From Candidatus Heimdallarchaeota archaeon (GTDB lineage Archaea > Asgardarchaeota > Heimdallarchaeia > Heimdallarchaeales > Heimdallarchaeaceae), in the NCBI GenBank assembly GCA_016840095.1, contig JAEOSZ010000101.1, positions 1 to 46,061 of the forward strand: a stretch of DNA of 46,061 nucleotides. The letters are read 5' to 3'. Position numbers and translations under genes: made by a program. Below the pieces are notes generated by a model. That model saw nothing but the letters and a program-made list of their open reading frames with translations. It did not search any database and was not told where the DNA came from. How positions within the stretch are numbered: the first letter of the stretch is position 1; every line of letters starts with the position of its first letter. Shown in pieces: positions 17,866-26,904 of the stretch.

Positions 17866-18567
17866 TTATTCTCTGAATAAAATTTTCTCAATTTCTGCAT
17901 CCTTATCCCTAGTAACTTGAAACTCAGTTTGTGTAGATTCACCAGATAATTTCTCTACCAATTCTCTTATACATTTCTCAGGATTGTAATTTATTGAAAT
18001 AGTGTTTTTTTGCTTTCTGAAATATTCCAATTCTAATCCTTTATCAAGAACAAATGATGGAGATAGTTCCGTACAATAACTAACTGTAGCTAGAATTCTT
18101 TTCATTACCTGGGTTCTAACATTTAAAGGAGTTTCCTGAATTAAATCATGCATAGAAGATAAAATCTTCTGAACGTCTCTCATACTTGCTTTTGTAACTA
18201 AGTTTTGATCTTCTACTTTTGATAATATATTAAGATGATTTAAGACTGTACTTAGGCTTTGTAATGAGATGATTTTGGAACCTATTTGTTGTATAAGTTT
18301 TAAATTGTGAACATAAAAGCCATCACCATTGAGGACAGCAGACTGATTAAACATCTTTGCGAGATTTTTAACTATAATAGCAGATTGGTTAACCATTTCT
18401 CTTTCTCCAAAGAGAGAAACTTTTGATTTTCCTTTTCTATAAGTAAAAACAAATTCTACATAACGTAATGAATCTGAGAGTAATTCCAGGAAAAATTCCA
18501 AGAGATCTTTTTTAACAATTGAAACATAAATCTCTTTCATGGTTGTTCTTGCCAAACCGATCACCAA
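17866..18567 (-). CDS. DUF2067-like hypothetical protein (likely TTG start at 18555)
   Basis: LEFFLELL..., SKVSLFG; sits between csl4 and rpo11 as in other archaea. Confidence 0.6.
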   Translation of the reverse strand: MVIGLARTTMKEIYVSIVKKDLLEFFLELLSDSLRYVEFVFTYRKGKSKVSLFGEREMVNQSAIIVKNLAKMFNQSAVLNGDGFYVHNLKLIQQIGSKIISLQSLSTVLNHLNILSKVEDQNLVTKASMRDVQKILSSMHDLIQETPLNVRTQVMKRILATVSYCTELSPSFVLDKGLELEYFRKQKNTISINYNPEKCIRELVEKLSGESTQTEFQVTRDKDAEIEKILFRE

Positions 18568-18583
18568 TCTAATAATATACTTT

Positions 18584-19186
18584 CTATGTTTTGAATGCTA
18601 ATTTTCCACTTCCATAATCAATGGTTGTGCTTCTTTTCTCAAAATAAGAGCATTCTTTACACTTCAGTTTATTTCTCCCAATTTTATCTAATTGTGATCC
18701 ACATCTTGAACATTTAGCTAAAATAACTCCAAGTTGTGAACCTATTAATGATCCTTGCAGAGGAATTGTCTTACTATCTATAACTTTGGCTCTAACAATG
18801 TCGCCCAAACACACTGCTTCATCTACTGTATCCAGATACTCCTTTGAAAGCTGAGAAACATGTATAACCATTGTATAATTTGGATAAATTTCTCTGTTAT
18901 TTACATAATTTATAGAAACAGTAATCATTTGACGTGAAGCATTTACAACGCCACCTATTACGATATCCCCATTTCTAGGAATAACTGCAGTAGTTGGTTT
19001 TGACATTACTGAGATTTCATGTCTTTCGATGTTGATGCTAACTTTTCCTGCAACAGCTGCATAAATAAGGTTACCTTCAGTATAAGTTCCTTGTCCTCCA
19101 ATAAATTCTTCTGTAACAGCTAGGCGGGTTCCAGGAAAAACAAGTTCTCCAGTTTCCTTTGTTCTATCATAGATGTCTAAAGTCAT
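18584..19186 (-). CDS. csl4: Exosome RNA-binding protein Csl4
   Basis: VFPG..L...EEF..G.GTY, S1 domain, GDIVRAKV, LGVI.A.CSRCG...CxxC. Confidence 0.95.
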   Translation of the reverse strand: MTLDIYDRTKETGELVFPGTRLAVTEEFIGGQGTYTEGNLIYAAVAGKVSINIERHEISVMSKPTTAVIPRNGDIVIGGVVNASRQMITVSINYVNNREIYPNYTMVIHVSQLSKEYLDTVDEAVCLGDIVRAKVIDSKTIPLQGSLIGSQLGVILAKCSRCGSQLDKIGRNKLKCKECSYFEKRSTTIDYGSGKLAFKT

Positions 19187-19344
19187 TCAATGTCACAACT
19201 GTCTTTTAATAATGAAAATAATATTGAATAAAATACCTTTCCATTAAGAACATTCTTATGAAACTTGTCGAAATATGGTTTGTTAGCAATTCTAACCTTC
19301 TTCTACAAAACAAAAACTATTTAACTTAACTGGTATTTCTTTCG

Positions 19345-19995
19345 TTGATGGCAACCCCAGAGTTTGGTACAATCAGTGCAACAAGAATGGAGCTATTGAA
19401 TACTAGATCCAGGATTAAACTAGCTCAGAAAGGACACGATCTTCTAAAAGAGAAGATGGATGCTTTAGTTATAGAATTGTATGCCATCAAAGATGAAGTA
19501 AGAGAAGCAAGAAAGCAAGTTGAAGAAGAGTTAATGGTTGCTTATCAATCTCTAGCAAAAGCTGAAATGATTGTAGGACCTGATAAAATTAGGGACCTTG
19601 CACAATACGCACCTGCTGTCTTAGAAATAACCCCACAAACTGTAAGTATAATGGGAGTTAGGTCTCCAAGATTCATTGTTAATGAGATTCAAAAAGAAGG
19701 AGAAGATATTTTCTATGGGTTGACTAGTTCTAGTGCACAATTAGATAGATCTATTGTATATTTTCGAAAGTCACTAAGGACATTAATGGTTATTGCAGAG
19801 AAGATGACTTTACTTGAAAAATTGGCAGTTGAGATAAACAAGACAAAAAGAAGGGTTAACGCTCTCAATTATATCTTAATACCAAAATTACGTGCAACTG
19901 CGACTTTCATAGCTAGTACTCTTGAAGAACAAGAGAGAGAAACATTTTCAAGATTGAAGAGAGTAAAGGCAATATTAGAAGCTAAAAAACAATGA
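19345..19995 (+). CDS. atpD: A/V-type ATP synthase subunit D
   Basis: TRMELL, A.KGHDLLKEK.DAL, EI.KTKRRVNALNY..IP, LEEQERE.FSRLK. Confidence 0.96.
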   Translation: MMATPEFGTISATRMELLNTRSRIKLAQKGHDLLKEKMDALVIELYAIKDEVREARKQVEEELMVAYQSLAKAEMIVGPDKIRDLAQYAPAVLEITPQTVSIMGVRSPRFIVNEIQKEGEDIFYGLTSSSAQLDRSIVYFRKSLRTLMVIAEKMTLLEKLAVEINKTKRRVNALNYILIPKLRATATFIASTLEEQERETFSRLKRVKAILEAKKQ

Positions 19996-20175
19996 ACAAC
20001 CATTCTTTGTAAAGCAGTTTGCATTTTTTCGTCAAAATAGAAAATATTCTCGAGATATTATCACCTTTTTTCAATTGGACACTTTGATAGAGTTTATTAA
20101 GTATAATCTTATAATTTAATAGACAGAGAAACAAATAAAAGTATTATAAATACAATAAAATTCAGAGGCAAGGAT

Positions 20176-21144
20176 ATGTCGCTTATAGATTGGTTTGAGA
20201 ATTTACCTCCACAAAGTTTAACTGATCCAGGAGTGAAGTTGTTAATTTATCTTTTAATTATCTTCACATTTCTAAGTGCACTTGTAGTGTTCATAACAAC
20301 TAGAGTTTATAGAAAGAAAGATTCCCCTTCTCTCCTTGATTTAGATATGGATTCAGATCTACCAACACCTACTGATATTCCTCCTTCAGAACGTATTGCT
20401 ATTCTTAAAATAGAAAAAGCGAAGTTCGAAGCTGCGCAACAAGCATTGTCTAACGCACATAGAAAGAAGGAAATTAGTGAATCAATATTTGGTAGGCTAT
20501 CAGTAAGATACGCATCTGATGTTAAGAAGATTGAAGATGAAATTGAGAAAACAACCAGAGAAGCTGAAGTTTCTCAATTAGAGCAAGAGCTAAAGAAGAT
20601 GCAGGGAGATTACTTAAGTAAAATTAAGGGTGAAGAGAAAATAGATGTTCCTTCAGCAACTCCAGCAACTGCACCTCCAGCTCCACCAACAACTGCTCCA
20701 GCACCACCAGTAGTTGCTCCAGCACCACCAGCCGTTAAACCAGCTAAGCCTGTTAAAGTTAAGAAGAAAAAGAAGGATAAAGCTGCCGCAACCCCTCCAA
20801 CACCACCAACACCCGCTGCACTTCCGTCAACTGGTACAGCAGCTCCACCACCACCACCAAGTGTGGGTAAGACACCTCCAGCTACAGCAGTTCCAACTCC
20901 ACCATTGCCAACAGCACCTCCAGGTGGAGCTCCAGCTACAGCACCTTCAATTCCAGCACCAACAATACCAACTCCAAAACCACCAGGTGTAGCCGCACCT
21001 CCTGTAACTGCTCCAGCAGCACCTCCAGCAGGAGGAGAAGGAGAAGGAGATCTGTTTGCTAAAAGTACATCAATAGCAGCTCTACGAAAAGAGATGTTAA
21101 AAGAATTAGATAGACTAAAGAAGTTCATGAGTGAACAGCAATAG
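20176..21144 (+). CDS. Single-pass membrane protein with coiled coil, Lys-rich and Pro-rich regions, and C-terminal helix
   Basis: TM LLIYLLIIFTFLSALVVFITT followed by RVYRKK; heptad region; about 130 aa of P/A/T-rich sequence; C-terminal IAALRKEMLKELDRLKKF. Confidence 0.85.
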   Translation: MSLIDWFENLPPQSLTDPGVKLLIYLLIIFTFLSALVVFITTRVYRKKDSPSLLDLDMDSDLPTPTDIPPSERIAILKIEKAKFEAAQQALSNAHRKKEISESIFGRLSVRYASDVKKIEDEIEKTTREAEVSQLEQELKKMQGDYLSKIKGEEKIDVPSATPATAPPAPPTTAPAPPVVAPAPPAVKPAKPVKVKKKKKDKAAATPPTPPTPAALPSTGTAAPPPPPSVGKTPPATAVPTPPLPTAPPGGAPATAPSIPAPTIPTPKPPGVAAPPVTAPAAPPAGGEGEGDLFAKSTSIAALRKEMLKELDRLKKFMSEQQ

Positions 21145-21299
21145 AATCTACTTGATGAAGGTAAAATTCTCGTCTAAAAGGAAGGAAAATAAAATTATTT
21201 TCTTTTCTTCTCATTTTTATTTTTAGTAATGATATTGAAAAAGTTTTAATTCAATTTATGTTAAAGGTTCACAATTACATTTAGATGGATGAGTAACTA

Positions 21300-22013
21300 A
21301 TGGTTTCAAAAGGTGTAAAGGTTTCGGAACATGAAAAAGGCAAGTTTTTCGCTGCCCAGAAAGCAGCAAAAGAATTCATATTTGACGGATTTGTTGTTGG
21401 AGTAGGAACAGGTTCAACTGTAAAACATTTTATCCAACAACTAGGTGAATTTGTAAACAAAGATGAACTAGAAATAATCACTATTCCTTCCTCTGCAGAA
21501 ACCCACCTTGAACTTGTTAAAGCAGGATTACCTGTTTCAACGTTACTTGAATATCCAGAAATAAATATCTATGTAGATGGGGCAGACATAATCACTAAAG
21601 ATTATGTTTTGATTAAAGGGGGAGGAGGAGCTTTAACTGTGGAAAAAATAATGGCAAGAGCTTCTGAAGAATTCATAGTAATCGCAGATAGCTCAAAATA
21701 TCCAAGAGATTTACTAAGTTATCCCGTTCCTGTTGAAATTATAAAACAAGCAATTATCACTGTGCTTCAACCAATATTCAAACTAGGGGGAGAACTCCAA
21801 TTACGCTATGGATCTGGAAAGAAAGGACCAGTGATAACTGATAATGGAAATATAATTGGTGATATAACCTTTAGACAAGAATATGATCCTTTCGGCATGG
21901 AAATGAATCTTAATAATATTGCAGGAATAGTAGAAAATGGCCTATTTCCCTCTGATGCTGATAAGATTATTATTGGACAAAAGAATAGTGCAAAATTGAT
22001 AAAAAAAAGTTGA
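21300..22013 (+). CDS. rpiA: Ribose-5-phosphate isomerase A
   Basis: GVGTGST, DGAD, IKGGGGALT.EK, PVPVE, GPVITDNGN, GIVENGLF. Confidence 0.95.
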   Translation: MVSKGVKVSEHEKGKFFAAQKAAKEFIFDGFVVGVGTGSTVKHFIQQLGEFVNKDELEIITIPSSAETHLELVKAGLPVSTLLEYPEINIYVDGADIITKDYVLIKGGGGALTVEKIMARASEEFIVIADSSKYPRDLLSYPVPVEIIKQAIITVLQPIFKLGGELQLRYGSGKKGPVITDNGNIIGDITFRQEYDPFGMEMNLNNIAGIVENGLFPSDADKIIIGQKNSAKLIKKS

Positions 22014-22017
22014 CAAG

Positions 22018-23829
22018 TTAAAGCATTGCAGTTATAGTATCACCTTTGTGATGAGCTTCCATCAGTAGCTTACCTATTTCTGTATTCTTTGCTACACTTA
22101 TTTCTCCAGTCTTACCAACTGTTAATTGAGTCAAGGGAGAGCCATTTATAGCGATTATTACATCCTTGCCAATACAAATGCTAGGAAATACAAGATTGAG
22201 TTTTCCTTTTGATGGATACATATCTAAAACAAATTCCATCTCTTCTTGCTCGCCAAAAGATTTTACAGTTATAGATAAACCTAATTTTTCCTCAATTTCA
22301 TCTATATTCCGTCCTTCCTTACCAATTATACGAGGTTTGTCTTTATTAGAAACAAATAGAGTTAGAGAATTTGGTGGTTCAAACTCATATGTAAAATCAT
22401 AAATTGAATATTGCTTGAGAACTTTTTGAATTTGAGCTGAATTTGCTGTTATTGATTTTCCCTTTTTGGAATACTTTAAGCTTGTCTTTTGAAGAGGAGA
22501 AACAACAATTTGTTCACCAAAAGTGTAGATTTCATATTCTGCTTTACCTGAATAAAAATCATTAACCTTAATCACTGGACGACTTAAATCCCTCTCAGTT
22601 AATCCAGAGGGCAACGACACTGTGATTTCAAGTGTATAAACCTTAGAAATCTGTCCTTCTGAGATGAAGATAATTGTATCTACAATCGAGGGAATAACAC
22701 CTAAATCAACTCTTTTGATAAATCTTTGAATGCCATCAATAGCTTGAGTAGCATGAACAACTCCAAGTAATCCTATACCTGCCAACCTTAAATCAGAATA
22801 TGTTTCAAAGTCTCTGGTTTTACGTAATTCATCGTATATTACATAATCAGGCCTCATTAAGAGTACCAAATCTGCAGATGCAGAGATATCTCCTTCAAAA
22901 CCGGACATTTGTGTTATTCTATTGTCAACTTGAAGATCTCGTGGATTCTCAAAGGTTTTAACTATTTTATCTTTATCAGCATAAAATTCTGCCATTGCAG
23001 TTGCAAATGTACTTTTACCTGCTCCAGGAGGACCAGCAATAATTATACCTTCGGCCTGTGTTTCAATCCTATCAAGTAGTTTTGCATCCACCTTGTAATC
23101 TCTCAATGTCAGTTTTACAATGGGTCTAACAGCTGTTATTTCCATAGCATCACTGAAAGGAGGACGAATTATCACAATTCTAGTACTTTTCAATTGAATT
23201 ACAGTTGTCCCATGTCTATCTGATTCTATGAAACTATCCTTTTCTCTAGATGCCCTTTCAATGACATCCTTTGCCAGTTCATCTAAGGTCTCACGAGTTA
23301 AAATTGGCTCTTCATCAAGAGCAATTAACTGGAAATTTCCAGGTAATCCTTTTTTGGCTAAAGGTAGGTTGTTCTCTCTTAGATGGATAGACATGGTATT
23401 CTCATCGAAGTAATCCTCTACCATCTTCCCGATGCTTTTTGGTTCTTCTTTCATAAAAACAACAGCTAAACCTTCAGCTTTTCCTATTTCAGCCATTACT
23501 CGATCAGAAGTAACTAGAATTGCATCATACTCTCCTGCAAGTTCTCTAATTTGCGCATCTAACTCTCCAATAGAAGCACCTCTAATTTGATTGTAAGTTG
23601 GTCGACTTCCATCTACAATCATACTAATGCCTCTTTTTGCACTGAAATCCCTCATTCGTTGTAACTCTTCTAAGGCTGTTATTCCTGTTGTCTTTCCTTG
23701 ATTTGCCATATTTTCAATTTCAGCAATCACAACTCTAGAAAGAACGATGGATTCAATATCTTCCTTTTCGTCAATATATTTCAGAAACTGACCATTAATT
23801 ATTGTTGAAGTATCTGGGACGTAATGCAT
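22018..23829 (-). CDS. PIN-domain P-loop ATPase with KH domain (PINA family)
   Basis: VPDTS PIN start, GPPGAGKSTF, E.PRDLQ, RPDY..YDE.R, GVVHAT, IIGKEG KH motif. Confidence 0.93.
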   Translation of the reverse strand: MHYVPDTSTIINGQFLKYIDEKEDIESIVLSRVVIAEIENMANQGKTTGITALEELQRMRDFSAKRGISMIVDGSRPTYNQIRGASIGELDAQIRELAGEYDAILVTSDRVMAEIGKAEGLAVVFMKEEPKSIGKMVEDYFDENTMSIHLRENNLPLAKKGLPGNFQLIALDEEPILTRETLDELAKDVIERASREKDSFIESDRHGTTVIQLKSTRIVIIRPPFSDAMEITAVRPIVKLTLRDYKVDAKLLDRIETQAEGIIIAGPPGAGKSTFATAMAEFYADKDKIVKTFENPRDLQVDNRITQMSGFEGDISASADLVLLMRPDYVIYDELRKTRDFETYSDLRLAGIGLLGVVHATQAIDGIQRFIKRVDLGVIPSIVDTIIFISEGQISKVYTLEITVSLPSGLTERDLSRPVIKVNDFYSGKAEYEIYTFGEQIVVSPLQKTSLKYSKKGKSITANSAQIQKVLKQYSIYDFTYEFEPPNSLTLFVSNKDKPRIIGKEGRNIDEIEEKLGLSITVKSFGEQEEMEFVLDMYPSKGKLNLVFPSICIGKDVIIAINGSPLTQLTVGKTGEISVAKNTEIGKLLMEAHHKGDTITAML

Positions 23830-23838
23830 AATAAAACC

Positions 23839-24381
23839 TTAACCATCAATATTTATTTTTGTGAATTCTAATTCACTTACACTATAGTAGGAAACATCTC
23901 CTAAACCATCTATTACTGCGAAAATTAACTGTTTGCTAATCTCTTTTGCTTGTGAAACTATTTGATCTATCTCATCAATTTCAAACAAAACTCCCTCTGC
24001 CATTGTAACTACCAAAGCCAAGTGTTTAGCTTTATTTGGTGTAGCACCTCTTTCATATAACTCAAAGTAGTTGCCATTTTCTTTATGTTCCTTAACAACA
24101 TAACCTCGATTTCTCAGATCCTTGTATAATAAGAAGCGAACTAAGAAATCAGAAATCTTGTTTGAAAAATGTGCTACTACATCAGATAAAGGCATGGAAG
24201 ACCCCTTCTTATCAGGTATATCGATTTTTTTCCTTTCTAACAATAGAACTGTTTCATATGAACTGAGCTTAATGTGCCCTGCTTTAGTGTGTTTACCAAA
24301 CCAACCCTGACTATAGATTGTATTGCCTTCTTTCTCTTCTAGTAGAGCGTAATCATCATAAAGTTTAGCACCGATAACCAT
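23839..24381 (-). CDS. endA: tRNA-splicing endonuclease subunit (divergent; possibly structural)
   Basis: LS.YE...L, YKDLRNRGYVVK, YERG, AVID..GDVSYY. Confidence 0.85.
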   Translation of the reverse strand: MVIGAKLYDDYALLEEKEGNTIYSQGWFGKHTKAGHIKLSSYETVLLLERKKIDIPDKKGSSMPLSDVVAHFSNKISDFLVRFLLYKDLRNRGYVVKEHKENGNYFELYERGATPNKAKHLALVVTMAEGVLFEIDEIDQIVSQAKEISKQLIFAVIDGLGDVSYYSVSELEFTKINIDG

Positions 24382-24418
24382 TTTCCTAGTAATAGTGAAA
24401 AGGGGATAATATTAAAAA

Positions 24419-25279
24419 TTGGTGTTGGAAGATTCTTTAGATTTAATGAAACTAAAAGAACTATTACAGACCTCATTAGAAGACAAACTTGATAATAAAT
24501 TGTTAGACAAACTTCCTTCAGGTTATTCTGTAATAGGTGATATAGCAATTTTTAGACATATTTCTCAAGAGTTAAGTGATTATAAATCGCAAATTGGAGA
24601 GATTGTTATCTATAATGATCCCCAGGTAAATGTTGTTGTTGAGCAGCTTTCAACAAATACAATTTATCGGAAACCCCAGATTTACCATATTGCAGGTGAA
24701 AAAAGAACTATAACCAAGCACAAAGAGTATGATGCAATTTTCCACATAGATGTTGCAAAAATCACATTATCTCCAGGAAATAAGGGAGAAAGAGGGTTCC
24801 TTATCAACACTGTTCAAGATAATGAAATTCTAGTTGATATGTTTGCTTGTATTGGAAATTTATCTTTGCCACTTGTTATAAGTAACCCAAGTATCAAGTG
24901 TTATGGAATTGAAATCAATGATGAAGCTTTTAAATTTTTAATCAAGAACATCAAGGAAAATCAAGTAGTAGATAGATATTTTCCTATTCATGGAGATAAT
25001 AGGAATACAACACCAAATAGTATTGCTACAAGAGTATTGATGGGTTATTTTGGAATTGATAAGCAACAGTTCCTCAGAGCAGAAGATGCAATCAAAGGAG
25101 AAGGTTGGATACATTATCACGAATTAGTAGAAAGGGACAATATAAAGAAATCAAAGAAAAAAATACAAGATTTACTAAAATCTGCAAACTCAGAAATCAA
25201 GTTAGATGATACAAGAATTGTAAAGAAATACTCTCCAAGGCTGAGTCATTTATGTTTTGATCTACACGTTATCAAATAA
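24419..25279 (+). CDS. Trm5/Taw2 (TYW2-like) SAM-dependent tRNA-modifying transferase
   Basis: IGDIAI, YRKP...IAG, S.GN..ER, VDMFACIG, RVLMGY, IHYH, VKKYSP. Confidence 0.85.
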   Translation: MVLEDSLDLMKLKELLQTSLEDKLDNKLLDKLPSGYSVIGDIAIFRHISQELSDYKSQIGEIVIYNDPQVNVVVEQLSTNTIYRKPQIYHIAGEKRTITKHKEYDAIFHIDVAKITLSPGNKGERGFLINTVQDNEILVDMFACIGNLSLPLVISNPSIKCYGIEINDEAFKFLIKNIKENQVVDRYFPIHGDNRNTTPNSIATRVLMGYFGIDKQQFLRAEDAIKGEGWIHYHELVERDNIKKSKKKIQDLLKSANSEIKLDDTRIVKKYSPRLSHLCFDLHVIK

Positions 25280-25360
25280 CCACTTTTCTTAACCTATTAA
25301 CTAAATTAATTTTATTAATCATAATAATTCTTATTAGCTGCTTCCCCAAAATTAGAATAT

Positions 25361-25846
25361 ATGCAGAAGCAAGAAAAACCATCTTCCTTTGATTTAAAAC
25401 AAATCCGTACTATTGCGGATTTTCAATTTGGTAAAGGTGCAGGAGAAGCATTGTTTTCTGAAGAAACTATGGTAGAAAGATCAAAGGGAACAAAAAGAAT
25501 AAGATACATCTATAGAAACAAAGAACGAATCTGTTCCTTTCGTGTGCGTGACGGTTTTTTGATACCTTCTATTCTGGGAGGGGAAATACTGCACAAAAAT
25601 AATTTTGGTTTTACAGTCATTGTAAATGAAGACGCTGATCCTTTTGTAAGAGATGGTAAAACAGTTTTTTCAAAACATATTGTAGATTTAGATGAAGGCA
25701 TCTCTGCTAAAGATGAAGTCATTGTAACAAATCAAAAAGGAGAATTTTTGGGTATTGGTACAGCTAAAATATCAGGAAAACTAATGAAAGAAATGAAATC
25801 AGGAGTTGCTGTAGCAATTAGAAAGGGAATAGGAAAAGAAAAATAA
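25361..25846 (+). CDS. PUA domain protein (TGT-C2 plus PUA)
   Basis: IADFQFGKGAG, GKTVFSKH, DEVIV, GVAV..R. Confidence 0.88.
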   Translation: MQKQEKPSSFDLKQIRTIADFQFGKGAGEALFSEETMVERSKGTKRIRYIYRNKERICSFRVRDGFLIPSILGGEILHKNNFGFTVIVNEDADPFVRDGKTVFSKHIVDLDEGISAKDEVIVTNQKGEFLGIGTAKISGKLMKEMKSGVAVAIRKGIGKEK

Positions 25847-25849
25847 TCA

Positions 25850-26221
25850 CTATTTGCTTTTGAGTCTGACAATAGCTCCAGCTAAATCTCCATTTTCTTC
25901 CTCAAGTGCTTTTTGTGCTTCTTCTTTTGAAACACCTGCTTGAGCCATAACTAATTCAACGTCCGAATCAGTAAAATCAACTCCAGCTGCTACTCCTTCT
26001 TCAGTTCCTCTTGGTCTATCTGTTCCAGGACCTACTATCTGAAAAGTATCTGATTCCATCATTCCTGGAATGAAAGCTTTCATAACAGTTGTTGGATGAA
26101 TTACTGTTTCTTTATCTGCGAAACGTATAATGACTTCTTCAACACCTTCTAATTCAATTTGTCTCATTCTTGCTTGCATTCTCTTTGCATCACGAGGAGA
26201 CATAGGTCTTCTTCCACTCAT
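25850..26221 (-). CDS. nac: Nascent polypeptide-associated complex protein
   Basis: VEEVII, FQIVG, C-terminal UBA DVELVMAQAGVS.EEA..ALEE.NGDLA.AI; ATG after GAGTGA. Confidence 0.92.
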   Translation of the reverse strand: MSGRRPMSPRDAKRMQARMRQIELEGVEEVIIRFADKETVIHPTTVMKAFIPGMMESDTFQIVGPGTDRPRGTEEGVAAGVDFTDSDVELVMAQAGVSKEEAQKALEEENGDLAGAIVRLKSK

Positions 26222-26236
26222 TGTAATCACTCTTAC

Positions 26237-26503
26237 CTAATCGTTTGTTTTTTTATATTCTTCTATTTGTTCATCAAAGACTTCTTCTTTGGGGGCTCTA
26301 TTTTTGAGAAAAATCCTTCCTACCCAAGCAATAAACAGTAGTGCTATAGAAATAATAATGAAAACAGTTATAGCTAAACCTAGATAAGCATCAAAGAATC
26401 GATCTTCCCAAATAATTGGCATAATAATTGTCCAAACTAGAAGAAATCCAATAATTGAGAGTGAACCAAAAATCATCACCAAACCAATTATTTTGTCATT
26501 CAT
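26237..26503 (-). CDS. Small two-TM membrane protein, DPM2-like
   Basis: MNDKIIGLVMIFGSL...WTIIMP...FF..Y.GLAI...; two hydrophobic helices and a charged tail. Confidence 0.65.
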   Translation of the reverse strand: MNDKIIGLVMIFGSLSIIGFLLVWTIIMPIIWEDRFFDAYLGLAITVFIIISIALLFIAWVGRIFLKNRAPKEEVFDEQIEEYKKTND

Positions 26504-26554
26504 ATCAATATTCTCCAACAAAAGAAGAAAAAACAATCTTAAAGACTTTTCCCA

Positions 26555-26884
26555 TTACATTTCAATATCAATGCCTAAGGCCATTTTAATCAAAGCTCGT
26601 ACTTTGTCTTCAGCACCTTCATATTGTGCTTTTTTACCTGGCACCTCAACAATAACAGGATAGGGATTTAATTTTATTCTTCTTAGGACCGCTTCATTTG
26701 CTTTTGCTACCTCTTCGGTTATAATAAGAATAGCAATTTCAGGGTCATCAGATAATGTTCTCAACAATGATCCAGCTTTTTCAGGCTCTTCAGTAAACAC
26801 TTGCGATATTCCCGACAGTTTAAACCCTAATGATGTTTCTTCATCACCAATGCTTACTATTTTGTTTCTTTGAGGAGAACTCAT
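26555..26884 (-). CDS. atpF: A/V-type ATP synthase subunit F
   Basis: IGDEET.LGFKLSG, IAILII, P.IVEVP, LIK.ALG.DI. Confidence 0.93.
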   Translation of the reverse strand: MSSPQRNKIVSIGDEETSLGFKLSGISQVFTEEPEKAGSLLRTLSDDPEIAILIITEEVAKANEAVLRRIKLNPYPVIVEVPGKKAQYEGAEDKVRALIKMALGIDIEM

Positions 26885-26904
26885 TCAAATCACGTAATAA
26901 AGAA

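Noticed and set aside
20610-21128. 172-aa Gly/Ala-rich minus-strand ORF and the Gln/His-rich ORF 20714-20992
   Set aside because: Antisense and alternate-frame shadows of the CCA/GCA-rich Pro-Ala codons of 20176-21144
21570-21650. RpiA DGADI (instead of DGADE) and METTL5 NSPF (instead of NPPF) as signs of inactivation
   Set aside because: Single substitutions with all other catalytic motifs intact; insufficient evidence
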